Shown: one piece after another, positions 10,905 through 35,254 of the stretch | Layout of the letters: each line of letters opens with the position of its first letter | How positions within the stretch are numbered: the first letter of the stretch is position 1 | Assembly (NCBI GenBank): GCA_002269645.1 | Contig: NIVC01000110.1 | Coordinates: 868,001-932,000 of the forward strand | Direction of reading: 5' to 3' | From: Macrostomum lignano | Taxonomy: Eukaryota | DNA length: 64,000 nucleotides | Translations under genes and position numbers: made by a program | Notes under the pieces: generated by a model | Databases searched by the model: none | What the model was told of the DNA's origin: nothing | Seen by the model: only the letters and a program-made list of their open reading frames with translations

Positions 10905-13900
10905 CATCATCTCGGGTCTCGGTGTACATCAAGGCCGTGATTTCTTATCTGCCCTCACCCCAGTTCTTTAACCATCATCTCGGGTCGCTAGCAATATACA
11001 TCAAGGCCCTGACTTCTTATCTGCCCTCACCCCAAAATTCTTAAACAATCGGGTCGCTAGCAATGTGCATCAAGGCCCTGACTTCTTATCTGCCCTTACC
11101 CAGTTCTTAAACAATCGGGTCGCTAGCAATGTACATCAAGGCCCTGACTTCTTATCTGTCCTCACCCCAGTTCTTAAACAATCGGGTCGCTAGCAATGTA
11201 CATCAAGGCCCTGACTTCTTATCTGTCCTCACCCCAGTTCTTAAACAATCGGATCGCTAGCAATGTACATCAAGGCCCTGACTTCTTATCTGTCCTCACC
11301 CAGTTCTTAAACAATCGGATCGCTAGCAATGTACATCAAGGCCCTGACTTCTTATCTGCCCTCACCCCAAAATTCTTAAACAATCGGGTCGCTAGCAATG
11401 TGCATCAAGGCCCTGACTTCTTATCTGTCCTTACCCAGTTCTTAAACAATCGGGTCGCTAGCAATGTACATCAAGGCCCTGACTTCTTATCTGCCCTCAC
11501 CCCAGTTCTTTAACCATCATCTCGGGTCGCTAGCAATATACATCAAGGCCCTGACTTCTTATCTGCCCTCACCCCAAAATTCTTAAACAATCGGGTCGCT
11601 AGCAATGTGCATCAAGGCCCTGACTTCTTATCTGCCCTCACCCCAGTTCTTAAACAATCGGATCGCTAGCAATGTACATCAAGGCCCTGACTTCTTATCT
11701 GTCCTCACCCCAGTTCTTAAACAATCGGGTCGCTAGCAATGTACATCAAGGCCCTGACTTCTTATCTGTCCTCACCCCAGTTCTTAAACAATCGGATCGC
11801 TAGCAATGTACATCAAGGCCCTGACTTCTTATCTGTCCTCACCCAGTTCTTAAACAATCGGATCGCTAGCAATGTACATCAAGGCCCTGACTTCTTATCT
11901 GCCCTCACCCCAGTTCTTAAACAATCGGGTCGCTAGCAATGTACATCAAGGCCCTGACTTCTTATCTGTCCTTACCCAGTTCTTAAACAATCGGGTCGCT
12001 AGCAATGTACATCAAGGCCCTGACTTCTTATCTGCCCTCACCCCAGTTCTTTAACCATCATCTCGGGTCGCTAGCAATATACATCAAGGCCCTGACTTCT
12101 TATCTGCCCTCACCCCAAAATTCTTAAACAATCGGGTCGCTAGCAATGTGCATCAAGGCCCTGACTTCTTATCTGTCCTCACCCCAGTTCTTAAACAATC
12201 GGATCGCTAGCAATGTACATCAAGGCCCTGACTTCTTATCTGTCCTCACCCCAGTTCTTAAACAATCGGGTCGCTAGCAATGTACATCAAGGCCCTGACT
12301 TCTTATCTGTCCTCACCCCAGTTCTTAAACAATCGGATCGCTAGCAATGTACATCAAGGCCCTGACTTCTTATCTGTCCTCACCCCAGTTCTTAAACAAT
12401 CGGGTCGCTAGCAATGTACATCAAGGCCCTGACTTCTTATCTGTCCTCACCCAGTTCTTAAACAATCGGATCGCTAGCAATGTACATCAAGGCCCTGACT
12501 TCTTATCTGTCCTCACCCAGTTCTTAAACAATCGGGTCGCTAGCAATGTACATCAAGGCCCTGACTTCTTATCTGCCCTCACCCCAGTTCTTAAACAATC
12601 GGGTCGCTAGCAATGTACATCAAGGCCCTGACTTCTTATCTGTCCTCACCCCAGTTCTTAAACAATCGGATCGCTAGCAATGTACATCAAGGCCCTGACT
12701 TCTTATCTGCCCTCACCCCAGTTCTTAAACAATCGGGTCGCTAGCAATGTACATCAAGGCCCTGACTTCTTATCTGTCCTTACCCAGTTCTTAAACAATC
12801 GGGTCGCTAGCAATGTACATCAAGGCCCTGACTTCTTATCTGTCCTCACCCCAGTTCTTAAACAATCGGGTCGCTAGCAATGTACATCAAGGCCCTGACT
12901 TCTTATCTGTCCTCACCCCAGTTCTTAAACAATCGGATCGCTAGCAATGTACATCAAGGCCCTGACTTCTTATCTGTCCTCACCCCAGTTCTTAAACAAT
13001 CGGATCGCTAGCAATGTACATCAAGGCCCTGACTTCTTATCTGTCCTTACCCAGTTCTTAAACAATCGGGTCGCTAGCAATGTACATCAAGGCCCTGACT
13101 TCTTATCTGTCCTCACCCCAGTTCTTAAACAATCGGGTCGCTAGCAATGTACATCAAGGCCCTGACTTCTTATCTGTCCTTACCCAGTTCTTAAACAATC
13201 GGGTCGCTAGCAATGTACATCAAGGCCCTGACTTCTTACCTGTCCTCACCCCAGTTCTTAAACAATCGGGTCGCTAGCAATGTACATCAAGGCCCTGATT
13301 TCTTATCTGTCCTCACCCCAGTTCTTAAACAATCGGATCGCTAGCAATGTACATCAAGGCCCTGACTTCTTATCTGTCCTCACCCAGTTCTTAAACAATC
13401 GGATCGCTAGCAATGTACATCAAGGCCCTGACTTCTTATCTGTCCTCACCCAGTTCTTAAACAATCGGATCGCTAGCAATGTACATCAAGGCCCTGACTT
13501 CTTATCTGCCCTCACCCAGTTCTTAAACAATCGGATCGCTAGCAATGTACATCAAGGCCCTGACTTCTTATCTGTCCTCACCCAGTTCTTAAACAATCGG
13601 ATCGCTAGCAATGTACATCAAGGCCCTGACTTCTTATCTGTCCTCACCCAGTTCTTAAACAATCGGATCGCTAGCAATGTACATCAAGGCCCTGACTTCT
13701 TATCTGCCCTCACCCCAAAATTCTTAAACAATCGGGTCGCTAGCAATGTGCATCAAGGCCCTGACTTCTTATCTGTCCTTACCCAGTTCTTAAACAATCG
13801 GGTCGCTAGCAATGTACATCAAGGCCCTGACTTCTTATCTGCCCTCACCCCAGTTCTTTAACCATCATCTCGGGTCGCTAGCAATATACATCAAGGCCCT

Positions 13901-14260
13901 GACTTCTTATCTGCCCTCACCCCAAAATTCTTAAACAATCGGGTCGCTAGCAATGTGCATCAAGGCCCTGACTTCTTATCTGCCCTCACCCCAGTTCTTA
14001 AACAATCGGATCGCTAGCAATGTACATCAAGGCCCTGACTTCTTATCTGTCCTCACCCCAGTTCTTAAACAATCGGGTCGCTAGCAATGTACATCAAGGC
14101 CCTGACTTCTTATCTGCCCTCACCCCAGTTCTTAAACAATCGGATCGCTAGCAATGTACATCAAGGCCCTGATTTTTTATCTGCCCTTCTTATCTGGCCC
14201 TGATTTCTTAAGCCATCATCTCGGGTAGCTAGCAGTGTACATCGAAATCCTGATTTCTTA
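10905..14260. repeat. ~67-bp tandem satellite (CCCCAGTTCTTAAACAATCGGGTCGCTAGCAATGTACATCAAGGCCCTGACTTCTTATCTGTCCTCA), ~50 copies
   Basis: Read directly; units vary by 1-2 bp, with a recurring slightly longer variant. Confidence 0.95.
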
Positions 14261-15004
14261 TCTGGCAGAAAAGCATAATGTATGCAGGTATTGTGTACAC
14301 TCAGCAGCATGTTAAAGTTTTCACCTTAACTGTGGGGCTGTAGGTGATGCAATTTGCGTCACAAGGCTAATATGTTGCTAAAGTGTTTTTCATCAGAGTT
14401 ATTTCTATTGATAAGCTTCTATTCTTTTAGCTTATCCCTCATTCCCAGCGCCTCGCTGGATGTTGTTGCGGTTTCCATGAGAACAATAACCAACATAGCA
14501 GCTGGGAGTCTATTAATTCCTCTTCTCCTATTAATATTCCCGAAATTGCGCCCCTCAATCCCTGCTACTTTCACCTATCTACAAAATAATCAGCTCGAGT
14601 CTGTTGATAAAAGTACAAAACCAGCCCTGTAGAGTACAGCCTGCAGTCCTAACTTATGCGCGGTTCCTCACTTTCCTCACTTTATCTCACATCCTATTGT
14701 GATTCTATCATTGGATTTGAGAAGCACATACTCTGCACCCGCTTGCACTTCGCAGCGGCAACTCTCACTATTCAACTAGAAACCAATAATATGCTCAATA
14801 ATCAGTTTTTTCTGCAAGTTGCAATCGCGTGGGCAGAAGGTAGAGCAATAAAATATCGAGAATGCGGCTCCTTAGCTTTTTTTATTAATCGCGCTCAACT
14901 TAATTGTTTGCTATTTGTTTTACTGAATTCGTCAGCTTGGCCTTCATTGGTTAAGGCTCTAATTACTCAACTTATTGGGTAAACATTTTAGACTGACTAC
15001 CTTC

Positions 15005-15250
15005 CCGCAGTCTGCTCACCTGGTTCCAAAGAGTGACATGAGCACACTGCCTCACCTGGTTCCAAAGAGTGACATAAGCACACTACCTCACCTGGTTCCA
15101 AAGAGTGACATGAGCACACTGCCTCACCTGGTTCCAAAGAGTGACATGAGCACACTGCCTCACCTGGTTCCAAAGAGTGACATGAGCACACTGCCTCACC
15201 TGGTTCCAAAGAGTGACATGAGCACACTGCCTCACCTGGTTCCAAGAGTG
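15005..15250. repeat. 36-bp minisatellite (TGCCTCACCTGGTTCCAAAGAGTGACATGAGCACAC), ~7 copies, followed by (GA)n
   Basis: Read directly; sits just upstream of the SSUH2-like gene. Confidence 0.9.
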
Positions 15251-15401
15251 ACACATGAGGCTCATCCTTCAAATCAGAGAGAGCGAGAGAGAGAGAGAGA
15301 GAGTACCTGATTGGTCAGAGCAAACTATATAGACAGCAATCAGTCCACAGGTTCTCAGCTAAAGACACCGCCTCTGTATTGTCGGCAGAAAAAGCGAAGA
15401 A

Positions 15402-26228
<10,827 letters not shown>

Positions 26229-27044
26229 CTTGAAGAAATATTTTAACCTTGAGCCGATGGATCTGAGCTTGCTTCTCCCCACCTTCCTTCTCTATTTTAA
26301 TTAATCTGTCTATCTGCGCTAATCTGACGCGCTTTACACAACATATCGGTAGGTAAAGAGAGCCACAATTCTATAATATGTTATAATTTAGTTTCATCAG
26401 TGAATAAAATTTGATTTTGATTTGAATAGTTAAATTATTCTCTTCTATCAAATTATGCTATCAAATGCGACTGAATGTCTGATTTAAACTGGTAAAATAA
26501 AAATTTCTCATTTCGATATAAATACTTTTAGATACATTTATTCGTATTGGCTACTTAAAGTAGGAAAGTAGTACATAAAAATGTGGGCAGGTTTAAAATT
26601 CTTCTTTTCTTTCGGGAGTCTGTGTGATTGCACTGCTGCTAAATTGATTGTCCCTCATCGACCTGCAGATAATTTCTCAGAAAACCAGAGTGTCGAGTCC
26701 CTGTACTGCAGTTGTCCATGTGCGCTACTGTGAGCAGAATCATTTCAGCGTTGGTTTGTGAGAGACGATGTCGCCAAAGGTCCACAGCAGAGTCAGGTTG
26801 ACTCCAAATTAACTGCTTTGAATAATATGCTAATTAAAATTGATTCTAAGCTTGATAAATAATAAATAGTATGCAAAGAAAAATCCAGAAACAAAAATTA
26901 ATAACAAGGACACAACAGTAATAACACACAATAAAATTACTTATATTTAATGCAGTTGTTATCACAAACCAGAAAAAAAGGCTTACTTATAGTAGTACCT
27001 GTGAGTTTATAAAATACTTAATTTTTTATTCAGTTACATTGGAG

Positions 27045-27737
27045 CAGGGGTCGCCAAACTCCGGCCTGCGAAGTCTTTAAAGGATGGAAAGTCCTTTGAA
27101 ACTTTACAATATCTGGCCCACCAAGATTTGTGTCTGTTCTCTCCCCTTTCTCCTCTCTCTTCTCTCTTCGCTCTATCCTCTCTCCCCTCTTCCCTTCTTC
27201 TCTCCCCTCTTCCCTTCTCTTCCCTCTTCCCTTCTCTCCCCTCTTCCCTTCTCTTCCCTTCTCTCCTCTCTCCCCTCTTCCCTTCTCTTCCCTCTCTCCC
27301 CTCTTCCCTTCTCTTCCCTCTCTCCCCTCTTCCCTTCTCTTCCCTTCTCTCCTCTCTCCCCTCTCTCCCCTCTTCCCTTCTCTTCTCTCTCTCCCCTCTT
27401 CCCTTCTCTTCCCTTCTCTCCTCTCTCCCCTCTCTCCCCTCTTCCCTTCTCTTCTCTCTCCCCTCTTCTCTTCTCTCTTCTCTCCGCTCTTCCCTTCTCT
27501 CCTCTCTCCCCTCTTCTCTTCTCTCTTCTCTCCCCTTTTCCCTTCTCTCCTCTCTCCCCTCTTCTCTTCTCTCTTCTCTCCCCTCTTCCTTTCTCCCCTC
27601 TCTACCTTTTCTCGTCTCTCCCCTCTTTTCTCCTCTTGTCTTCTTACTTATATCTTCTCTTTCATCTCTCATTTTCTATTCCCTCTCCATTCCTCTCTAA
27701 TCTGGCCCCAGAGGTAATAAAGTTTGCCGACCCCTAA
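27045..27737 (+). mobile_element. hAT-type MITE with an internal CT-rich tract
   Basis: TIRs CAGGGGTCGCCAAACT and AGTTTGCCGACCCCTA. Flanks CATTGGAG and AATTGGAG match at 7 of 8 positions, consistent with an 8-bp TSD. CT tract at 27130-27700. Confidence 0.8.
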
Positions 27738-28149
27738 ATTGGAGAATATTATCAGTCAAAATATTGGCTTACACAGCAAGTCACCAAAAACCAAATATAG
27801 AAATGGGAAGATCCGGAATCCAGAAAGGTTTGGAAGAAAATGTTATAAAAATAGCCAACAAGCTAGAAAAAAGGCCTTCAAAAAATCGTACATTATCGAG
27901 CGGTCACCAGCAAGTTTGTGTAAATAATACGGGAAAGTAAAACAAAAAGCATTTGAAAATATATAAAGTTTTGTAAAATAATTTGTCAATAATCTTGTGA
28001 CAGAATTTTTCAACGCGACACCAGAATGCAGGAGAGAGAGACGATCTGTAAGCAATGCTATGGAATGAAAAACTTGACTTTTAACAAGACATGCGCAGGG
28101 ATAACTCGCGAGGCCTGTCTGCCTGCATGCAGACATCCCCATCATCAAT

Positions 28150-29640
28150 ATGGGCAGGGAATTCCCATTAAAAAATTTTGAACAAGGGAATCCCGCTTAA
28201 AAATCAGGACAGGGGAATCCAACTTGCAAATTAAGACAGGGGAATCCACTTCAAAAATCAGGACAGGGGAATCCCACTTAAAAATCGGGACAGGGGAATC
28301 CCACTTGCAAATTGGGAGAGGGGAATTTCCTTCAAAAATCGGGATAGAGGAATCCCGCTTGCAAATTAGGACAGGGGAATCCAGCCTGAAAATTGGAATA
28401 GGGAATCCCGATTGAAAATTGAGAGCGGGAAATCCCATTCATCGATAAGGACAAGGGAATTTCTTCAAAAATCGGGACAGGGGAATCCCGCTTGCAAATT
28501 GAGACAGGGGAATTCCCTTCAAAAATCGGGACAGGGGAATCCCACTTGCAAATTGGGAGAGGGGAATTTCCTTCAAAAATCGGGATAGAGGAATCCCGCT
28601 TGCAAATTAGGACAGGGGAATCCAGCCTGAAAATTGGAATAGGGAATCCCGATTGAAAATTGAGAGCGGGAAATCCCATTCATCGATAAGGACAAGGGAA
28701 TTTCTTCAAAAATCGGGACAGGGGAATCCCGCTTGCAAATTGAGACAGGGGAATTCCCTTCAAAAATCGGAACAGGGGAATCCCGCTTGCAAATTGGGCC
28801 AGGGGAATCTCACTTAAAAATCAGGACAGGAGAATCCCGCTTGCAGATCGAGACAGGGGAATCCCCTTCAAAAATCGGGACAGGGGAATCCCGCTTGCAA
28901 ATTGAGACAGGGGAATTCCCTTCAAAAATTGGAACAGGGGAATCCCGCTTGCAAATTGGGCCAGGGGAATCTCACTTAAAAATCAGGACAGGAGAATCCC
29001 GCTTGCAAATCGAGACAAGGGAATCCCACTTAAAAATCAGGACAGGGGAATCCCGCTTGCAAATTGGGACAAGGGAATCCCAATTAAAAACCAGGATAGG
29101 GAAATCCTGTTTGAAAATTGAGACAGGGGAATCCAGCCTGAAAATTGGGATAGGGAATCCCGATTGAAAATTGAGAGCGGGAAATCCCCTTCATCGATAA
29201 GGACAAGGGAATCACTTCAAAAATCGGGACAGGGGAATCCCACTTGCAAATTGAGACAGGGGAATTCCCTTCAAAAATCGGAACAGGGGAATCCCGCTTG
29301 CAAATTGGGCCAGGGGAATCTCACTTAAAAATCAGGACAGGAGAATCCCGCTTGCAAATCGAGACAAGGGAATCCCACTTAAAAATCAGGACAGGGGAAT
29401 CCCGCTTGCAAATTGAGACAGGGGAATTCCCTTCAAAAATCGGAACAGGGGAATCCCGCTTGCAAATTGAGAGCGGGGAATCCCCTTCATCAATAAGGAC
29501 GAGGGAAACCGCTTCAAAAATTGGGACACGAGAATTCCCAGCTTTAAAAGAAACCCGACAAGAAAAATACCCAGCCTGAGAAATTAGAAATGGAGAATCC
29601 CCCGGAAAGATTTTCAAAGGGGAATTCCCAATACCGCGAA
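28150..29640. repeat. ~21-bp-subunit satellite with GGG(G)AAT(T)CCC cores and ~240-bp higher-order units
   Basis: Read directly; the marker CATCGATAAGGACAAGGG recurs at ~28440, ~28681 and ~29192. Confidence 0.9.
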
Positions 29641-29676
29641 TTGAACTACACCAGACAGACAGACAGCTGACCGGTT

Positions 29677-32600
29677 TCAAATGTACAGCAGGTCGTTGGT
29701 AGAGAAGATCTGCACAAACAGCTTGGCAGCCAGGCGAACTCTCTCGGTCTTATTCGGCCGCATGGGAGACCCGGCGCCGGAGACCTGCCGGTGGCCGTAC
29801 AACTGCAGCTCCTGCACGCCGTCCCCGCCTTTGAACCACTCGTCCTGGTCGATTTGGCCGTGCGCCAAAAACGCGTCGACCACAGCTCGTTCGGACCGGA
29901 TTTCGAATGAGATCACTCGCTGGTCTGTGCGGCGGTAGAACACTAGCGGCTCGTTCCATTCCGGATCTGAGGTGTTGGCGAGGGCCCGGGTTCGAGCCTT
30001 GGACCCGCCGCCTTCGAAAAACACCTGACAATAAGGGTTGGCGCCAAGGACGAGGCGGGGCAGGCCGCGAGCGCTGAGCACGAGAACTCTGGTGCCGACT
30101 TCCGGGTAGGCGGTGAATGCGAAGCACAGAGAGGCCAGTGGCTGATCAGCGACCAGCTCGCTGAGGATAGAGAGAGATGGTGGGGTAGAGTGTCTGACAG
30201 AGTGATGGTAGAGTGTCTGACAGAGTGATGGTAGTGTCTGACAGAGTGATGGTAGTGTCTGACAGAGTGATGGTAGACTGTCTGACAGAGTGATGGTAGA
30301 GTGTCTGTCAGAGTGATGGTAGAGTGTCTGACAGAGTGATGGTAAAGTGTCTGACAGAGTGATGGTAGTGTCTGACAGAGTGATGGTAGTGTCTGACAGA
30401 GTGATGGTAGAGTGTCTGACAGAGTGATGGTAGAGTGTCTGACAGAGTGATGGTAGAGTGTCTGACAGAGTGATGGTAGAGTGTCTATCAGAGTGATGGT
30501 AGAGTGTCTATCAGAGTGATGGTAGAGTGTCTGTCAGAGTGATGGTAGAGTGTCTGACAGAGTGATGGTAGAGTGTCTGACAGATTGATGGTATAGTGTC
30601 TCACAGAGTGATGGTAGAGTGTCTGACAGATTGATGGTAGAGTGTCTGACAGATTGATGGTAGAGTGTCTGACAGAGTGATGGTATAGTGTCTCACAGAG
30701 TGATGGTAGAGTGTCTGACAGAGTGATGGTAGAGTGTCAGACTGTCAGACTCACCGAGCATTGCACGAGGCGCCCCTAGAATAGATTCGCAGGGTGAAGA
30801 AGGCCTCCTGGCTGGCTATTTCGGTGCAGGGCAGCAGGATGTACCTGCCCGGCTCCAGGTGCAGTCCCAGAGTGATTCGCTGCGCACTCGAGCATGCTGT
30901 GTGGTGCACAACCTGGCAGAAGTCCAACCGGTGAGCTCTGTACTCTCTGTTGGACTCCACCTTGACCAGCAGCAGGCCCATGGATACCAGATCGTGCGGA
31001 GTGGCCTCGAACCGCTGGCTCAAGCTGATGTCCAACTCCAGGTTCGGGTTCGTCACATCGAGCATGTACTGCGGATATTGGTAGGGCATAGCGATGCTCT
31101 TGTTACAGGCACACCTACAGGCTCCGGTGAAGTCTTTACACACCCTTACAGACACTCAAGTAGATACTCACGGACACACTAAAAGACCCTTACAGCACAC
31201 TGACAGGCCCTTAAAGACACACTAACAGACCCTTACAGACACACTGACAGGCCCTTAGAGACACACTAACAGACCCTTACAGACACACTAACAGACCCTT
31301 ACAGACACATTAACAGACCCTTACAGACACACTAACAGGCCCTTACAGAGGCACTAACAGGCCCTTACAGACACACTAAAAGGCCCTTACAGAGGCACTA
31401 ACAGGCCCTTACAGACACACTAACAGACCCTTACAGACACACTAACAGACCCTTACAGACACACTAACAGGCCCTTACAGAGGCACTAACAGGCCCTTAC
31501 AGACACACTAACAGGCCCTTACAGAGGCACTAACAGGCCCTTACAGACACACTAACAGGCCCTTACAGACACACTAACAGGCCCTTACAGACACACTAAC
31601 AGACCCTTACAGACACACTAACAGACCCTTACAGACACACTAACAGGCCCTTACAGAAACACTAACAGACTCTTACAGACACACTAACAGACCCTTACAG
31701 ACACACTAACAGACCCTTACAGACACACTAACAGACCCTTACAGACACACTAACAGACCCTTACAGACACACTAACAGACCCTTACAGACACACTAACAG
31801 ACCCTTACAGACACACTAACAGGCCCTTACAGACACACTAACAGACCCTTACAGACACACTAACAGACCCTTACAGATGCACTAACAGGCCCTTACAGAC
31901 ACACTAACAGGCGCTTACAGACACATTAACAGGCCCTTACAGACACACTAACAGATCCTTACAGACCTTTGAAGACACACTAACAGAACTATAAAAAGAT
32001 ACACTAACAGACTCTAACAAACACTACGTACAGAATCTTACAGACACGTTTACAGACTTTTACAGACTCCCAGATCCCTCTCTCTCCCCCTCTCACCTGC
32101 GGATTAGTCAAAGGCCGACCGCCCTTCTCCAGACAGCCGCCAGACAGCCACTCAGTCCAGGAGCCTCTGAACACGGTCTCATGCCAGGTGTTCCTCATGG
32201 ACAGCACCGACAGGTTGTGCACCCGGCACACAATCAGCTCGGAGAAGTTCTCAAACAGGTCAGCTAAGGACATCCACGAGTCCGAGTCGTCATCGTAGGC
32301 GAAGCCGTAGCGATCGAGCTCGGCATCCGACAGGCTGGCCATCTCGGAGGAGCCCTCGCTCCACGGGCCGCGCCAGGCTCCGCGGCGCTGGCCCGCCGGG
32401 TTGCGCACCCGCACGAAGCGGTGCCGGCGCCGCGGGTCGCCGCGCTGCTGGGCCATCTGCACCAGGTCCTGGAAGCGCAGCGGGTCCGCGGCCACGCAGT
32501 GGGTTCCCGTGACCAGGTAGGCGTGACAGGGGACCAGACCGTGCTTGGTCTCCGAGTGGGGGTCCGAGCTGGCGGGCTGGGTGAGGCGTGGGTGGTGAGA

Positions 32601-32823
32601 CAGACAGTAAGACAGACACAGACAGTAAGACATGCACAGACAGTAAGACAGACAGACAGTAAGACAGACAGACAGTAAGACATGCACAGACAGTAAGACA
32701 GACAGACAGTACGACATGCACAGACAGTAAGACATGCACAGACAGTAGGACAGACACAGACAGTAGGACAGACACAGACAGTAAGACAGACACAGACACA
32801 GACAGTAGGACAGACAGACAGAC

Positions 32824-32862
<39 letters not shown>

Positions 32863-32895
32863 GGCAGACAGACAGGCAGACAGCCACACAGACAC

Positions 32896-32950
<55 letters not shown>

Positions 32951-32951
32951 C

Positions 32952-32982
<31 letters not shown>

Positions 32983-32997
32983 CAGACACACAGACAC

Positions 32998-33060
<63 letters not shown>

Positions 33061-35254
33061 CCACCTTGCAGAGTTTTGCAGCACTACTGAAATGGAAAAC
33101 AGACAGAGGCAGAGAGCAGTAGAAATAATAAATGCTCAAAAGCTCAAACCGCGGCAAAACACGCGATCGGCCAGCCAGAACCGGACTGTGCAATCGAGTC
33201 AAAGCTCAATCAATCAATTTTGCAGTGCACTCTCCTGAGTCTCCAACCCACACCGCCTCTCAGATAGCACTGAAACACTGCAATTTTGAACAAATAGCCG
33301 CTGCGGCAGTTCCCTAGCTGCAAGCTCTGGCACTTTGTAGCCGGGGCACATTAAATACAGAAGTACTTTTTGTGTTGGTTAAAATAAAGTTGCGCTATAT
33401 ATGTCAGTCAGTATCAGTACTGGGTCTGAATCCAAAACTTCAATTTCAGAACCGAAAATCCCTTATTTCAGAACTGGAAATTCCCATATTTTCGAACTGA
33501 AAATCCCAATGATATTCCGATTTCAAAATTCAAATATTACTTTACAAGCCAAAAAACAGAACTTAAAAAGTTAAGTACTTAAAAGAACAACATGCACTTC
33601 AGCTTCATCGTCACTCACGCTCTCCGCCGCATCAACCGAGGCCGGCGCCACTTTCAGCAGCAGCAGCGACCGCTGCTCCAGCTCTGTCTGCAACCGCTCG
33701 AACACCGACACCCGAGTCTTCTCCATCGCAGCGCCGCCGGACCCGCTGTTAGCAACCAGATCAGGAGAAGCTGACAGCGGCACCGAATGGCACAGACCGC
33801 CTGTGGCGCACTCCAGACCCTGCTCAAGTGTCAGCGACTCCAAAGCCCTGTAGGAGCCGAACAACTTAGCTATAGCCTTCTCCAGTAGAGGAGCGAAGTA
33901 CTCACCGGAGTCTGGCGAGTGTGCGAACAGCATTGAGGATGATGGTGATGAGGAGGAGGCTGACCGAGGCAGCCGGTCGTCGATCACGACTCGATACGGT
34001 TCGTCATTAAAGTGCAACCGGAAATGGAATGCGCCAGTGAAACGGACCGGGTCCAGCAGCTCCTGCTCCTGGGAGCGAAGATCCGGCATGGCCTGGATGG
34101 CATGGGGACGTATATCGGCTGATTTTGTTTTTTAAACTTTCGGTTCTGTCTCTCACGTACCTTCTCGGCATACTCCGGCCAGATCAGCAGCGCCGCGGCA
34201 ACTGCCGGCACCCAGCAGGTGCCGAGAGAACCGTGGCAGAGCTCCCGGCTTCGTTTCTCTCGGATGAGCAGGCAGGGCGACTCAGAGATCGTCTGTATAC
34301 GAGTGCGAGGATTGGGGATTGTGTTTTAGATGGGATAATATTGGCAAGTTCAGCAACTCAAATTCGGTAATCAAACTCGGTATTTGAAGGATTTAATGCA
34401 ATGAGGAACAATGGGGATGAGGATATGCAGATATTTAGGATCTAAATCCCATGGTTAAGAATGAGGATCTATAGATTTTTTTATCTAAATCCCATGGTTA
34501 AGAATGAGGATCTACAGATTTTGGGATCTAAATCCCTTGGTTAAGAATGAGGGTCTGCAGGTTTTGGGATCTAAATCCCATGGTTAAGAATGAGGATCTG
34601 CAGGTTTTGGGATCTAAATCCCATGGTTAAGAATGAGGATCTGCAGGTTTTGGGATCTAAATCTCATGGTTAAGAATGAGGATCTGCAGGTTTTGGGATC
34701 TAAATCCCATGGTTAAGAATGAGGATCTGCAGGTTTTGGGATCTAAATCCCATGGTTAAGAATGAGGATCTGCAGATTTTTGGGATCTAAATCCATTGGT
34801 TAAGAATGAGGATCTGCAGGTTTTGGGATCTAAATCCCATGGTTAAGAATGAGGATCTGCAGATTTTGGGATCTAAATCCCATGGTTAAGAATGAGGATC
34901 TGCAGATTTTTGGGATCTAAATCCCATGGTAAAGAATGAGGATCTGCAGATTTTTGGGATCTATATACCAAGGTTAAGAATAAGGATTTGTATACTGATG
35001 GGATCTAAATTTTACAATTTCAATGTAATTTACTAAAAACTAATCTTAAAACAACAATGAAACTATATTACCTTAATCCGATCCCACCGAATCGAGTCGT
35101 CAGGAACATCAACAGAGAACAGTGACTGAGCATTGGCTGGAAATTTGGCATCCTCAAAAACTGTGCCAGAATTTTGGCACTGCTTCTGAATATCCTTGAA
35201 GCGTTGATTTTGAAAATCTGTTGGTGACTCAAGAAGCTTCAGAAATGCCTCCAT
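29677..35254 (-). CDS. CAPN5: Calpain-5/TRA-3-type calpain (CysPc, C2-like domain III, C2), ~695 aa; exons 35254-35072, 34292-34161, 34092-33598, 32576-32097, 31068-30755, 30160-29677
   Basis: Phase-consistent GT-AG junctions. Motifs: FEDAKFPA, ELCHGSLGTCW, VVIDDRLP, LLEKAIAKLFGSY, GLVPCHAY, VRNPAG, WRGPWS, NPQ|Y, LEPGRYILLPCT, and C2 GANPYC...DPEWNE. No penta-EF-hand. The symbol denotes the family; orthology is not proven. Confidence 0.88.
30180..30745. repeat. 23-bp minisatellite (TCTGACAGAGTGATGGTAGAGTG) filling calpain intron 5
   Basis: Read directly. Confidence 0.95.
31140..32070. repeat. 22-bp minisatellite (CCCTTACAGACACACTAACAGA) filling calpain intron 4
   Basis: Read directly. Confidence 0.95.
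32598..33060. repeat. Compound GACA-based microsatellite in calpain intron 3
   Basis: Read directly. Confidence 0.95.
34430..35010. repeat. 43-bp minisatellite (GGATCTAAATCCCATGGTTAAGAATGAGGATCTGCAGGTTTTG), ~13 copies, calpain intron 1
   Basis: Read directly. Confidence 0.93.

Noticed and set aside
10905-14260. Repeat arrays resembling CRISPR
   Set aside because: Units are contiguous with no unique spacers, there are no cas genes, and the context is eukaryotic.
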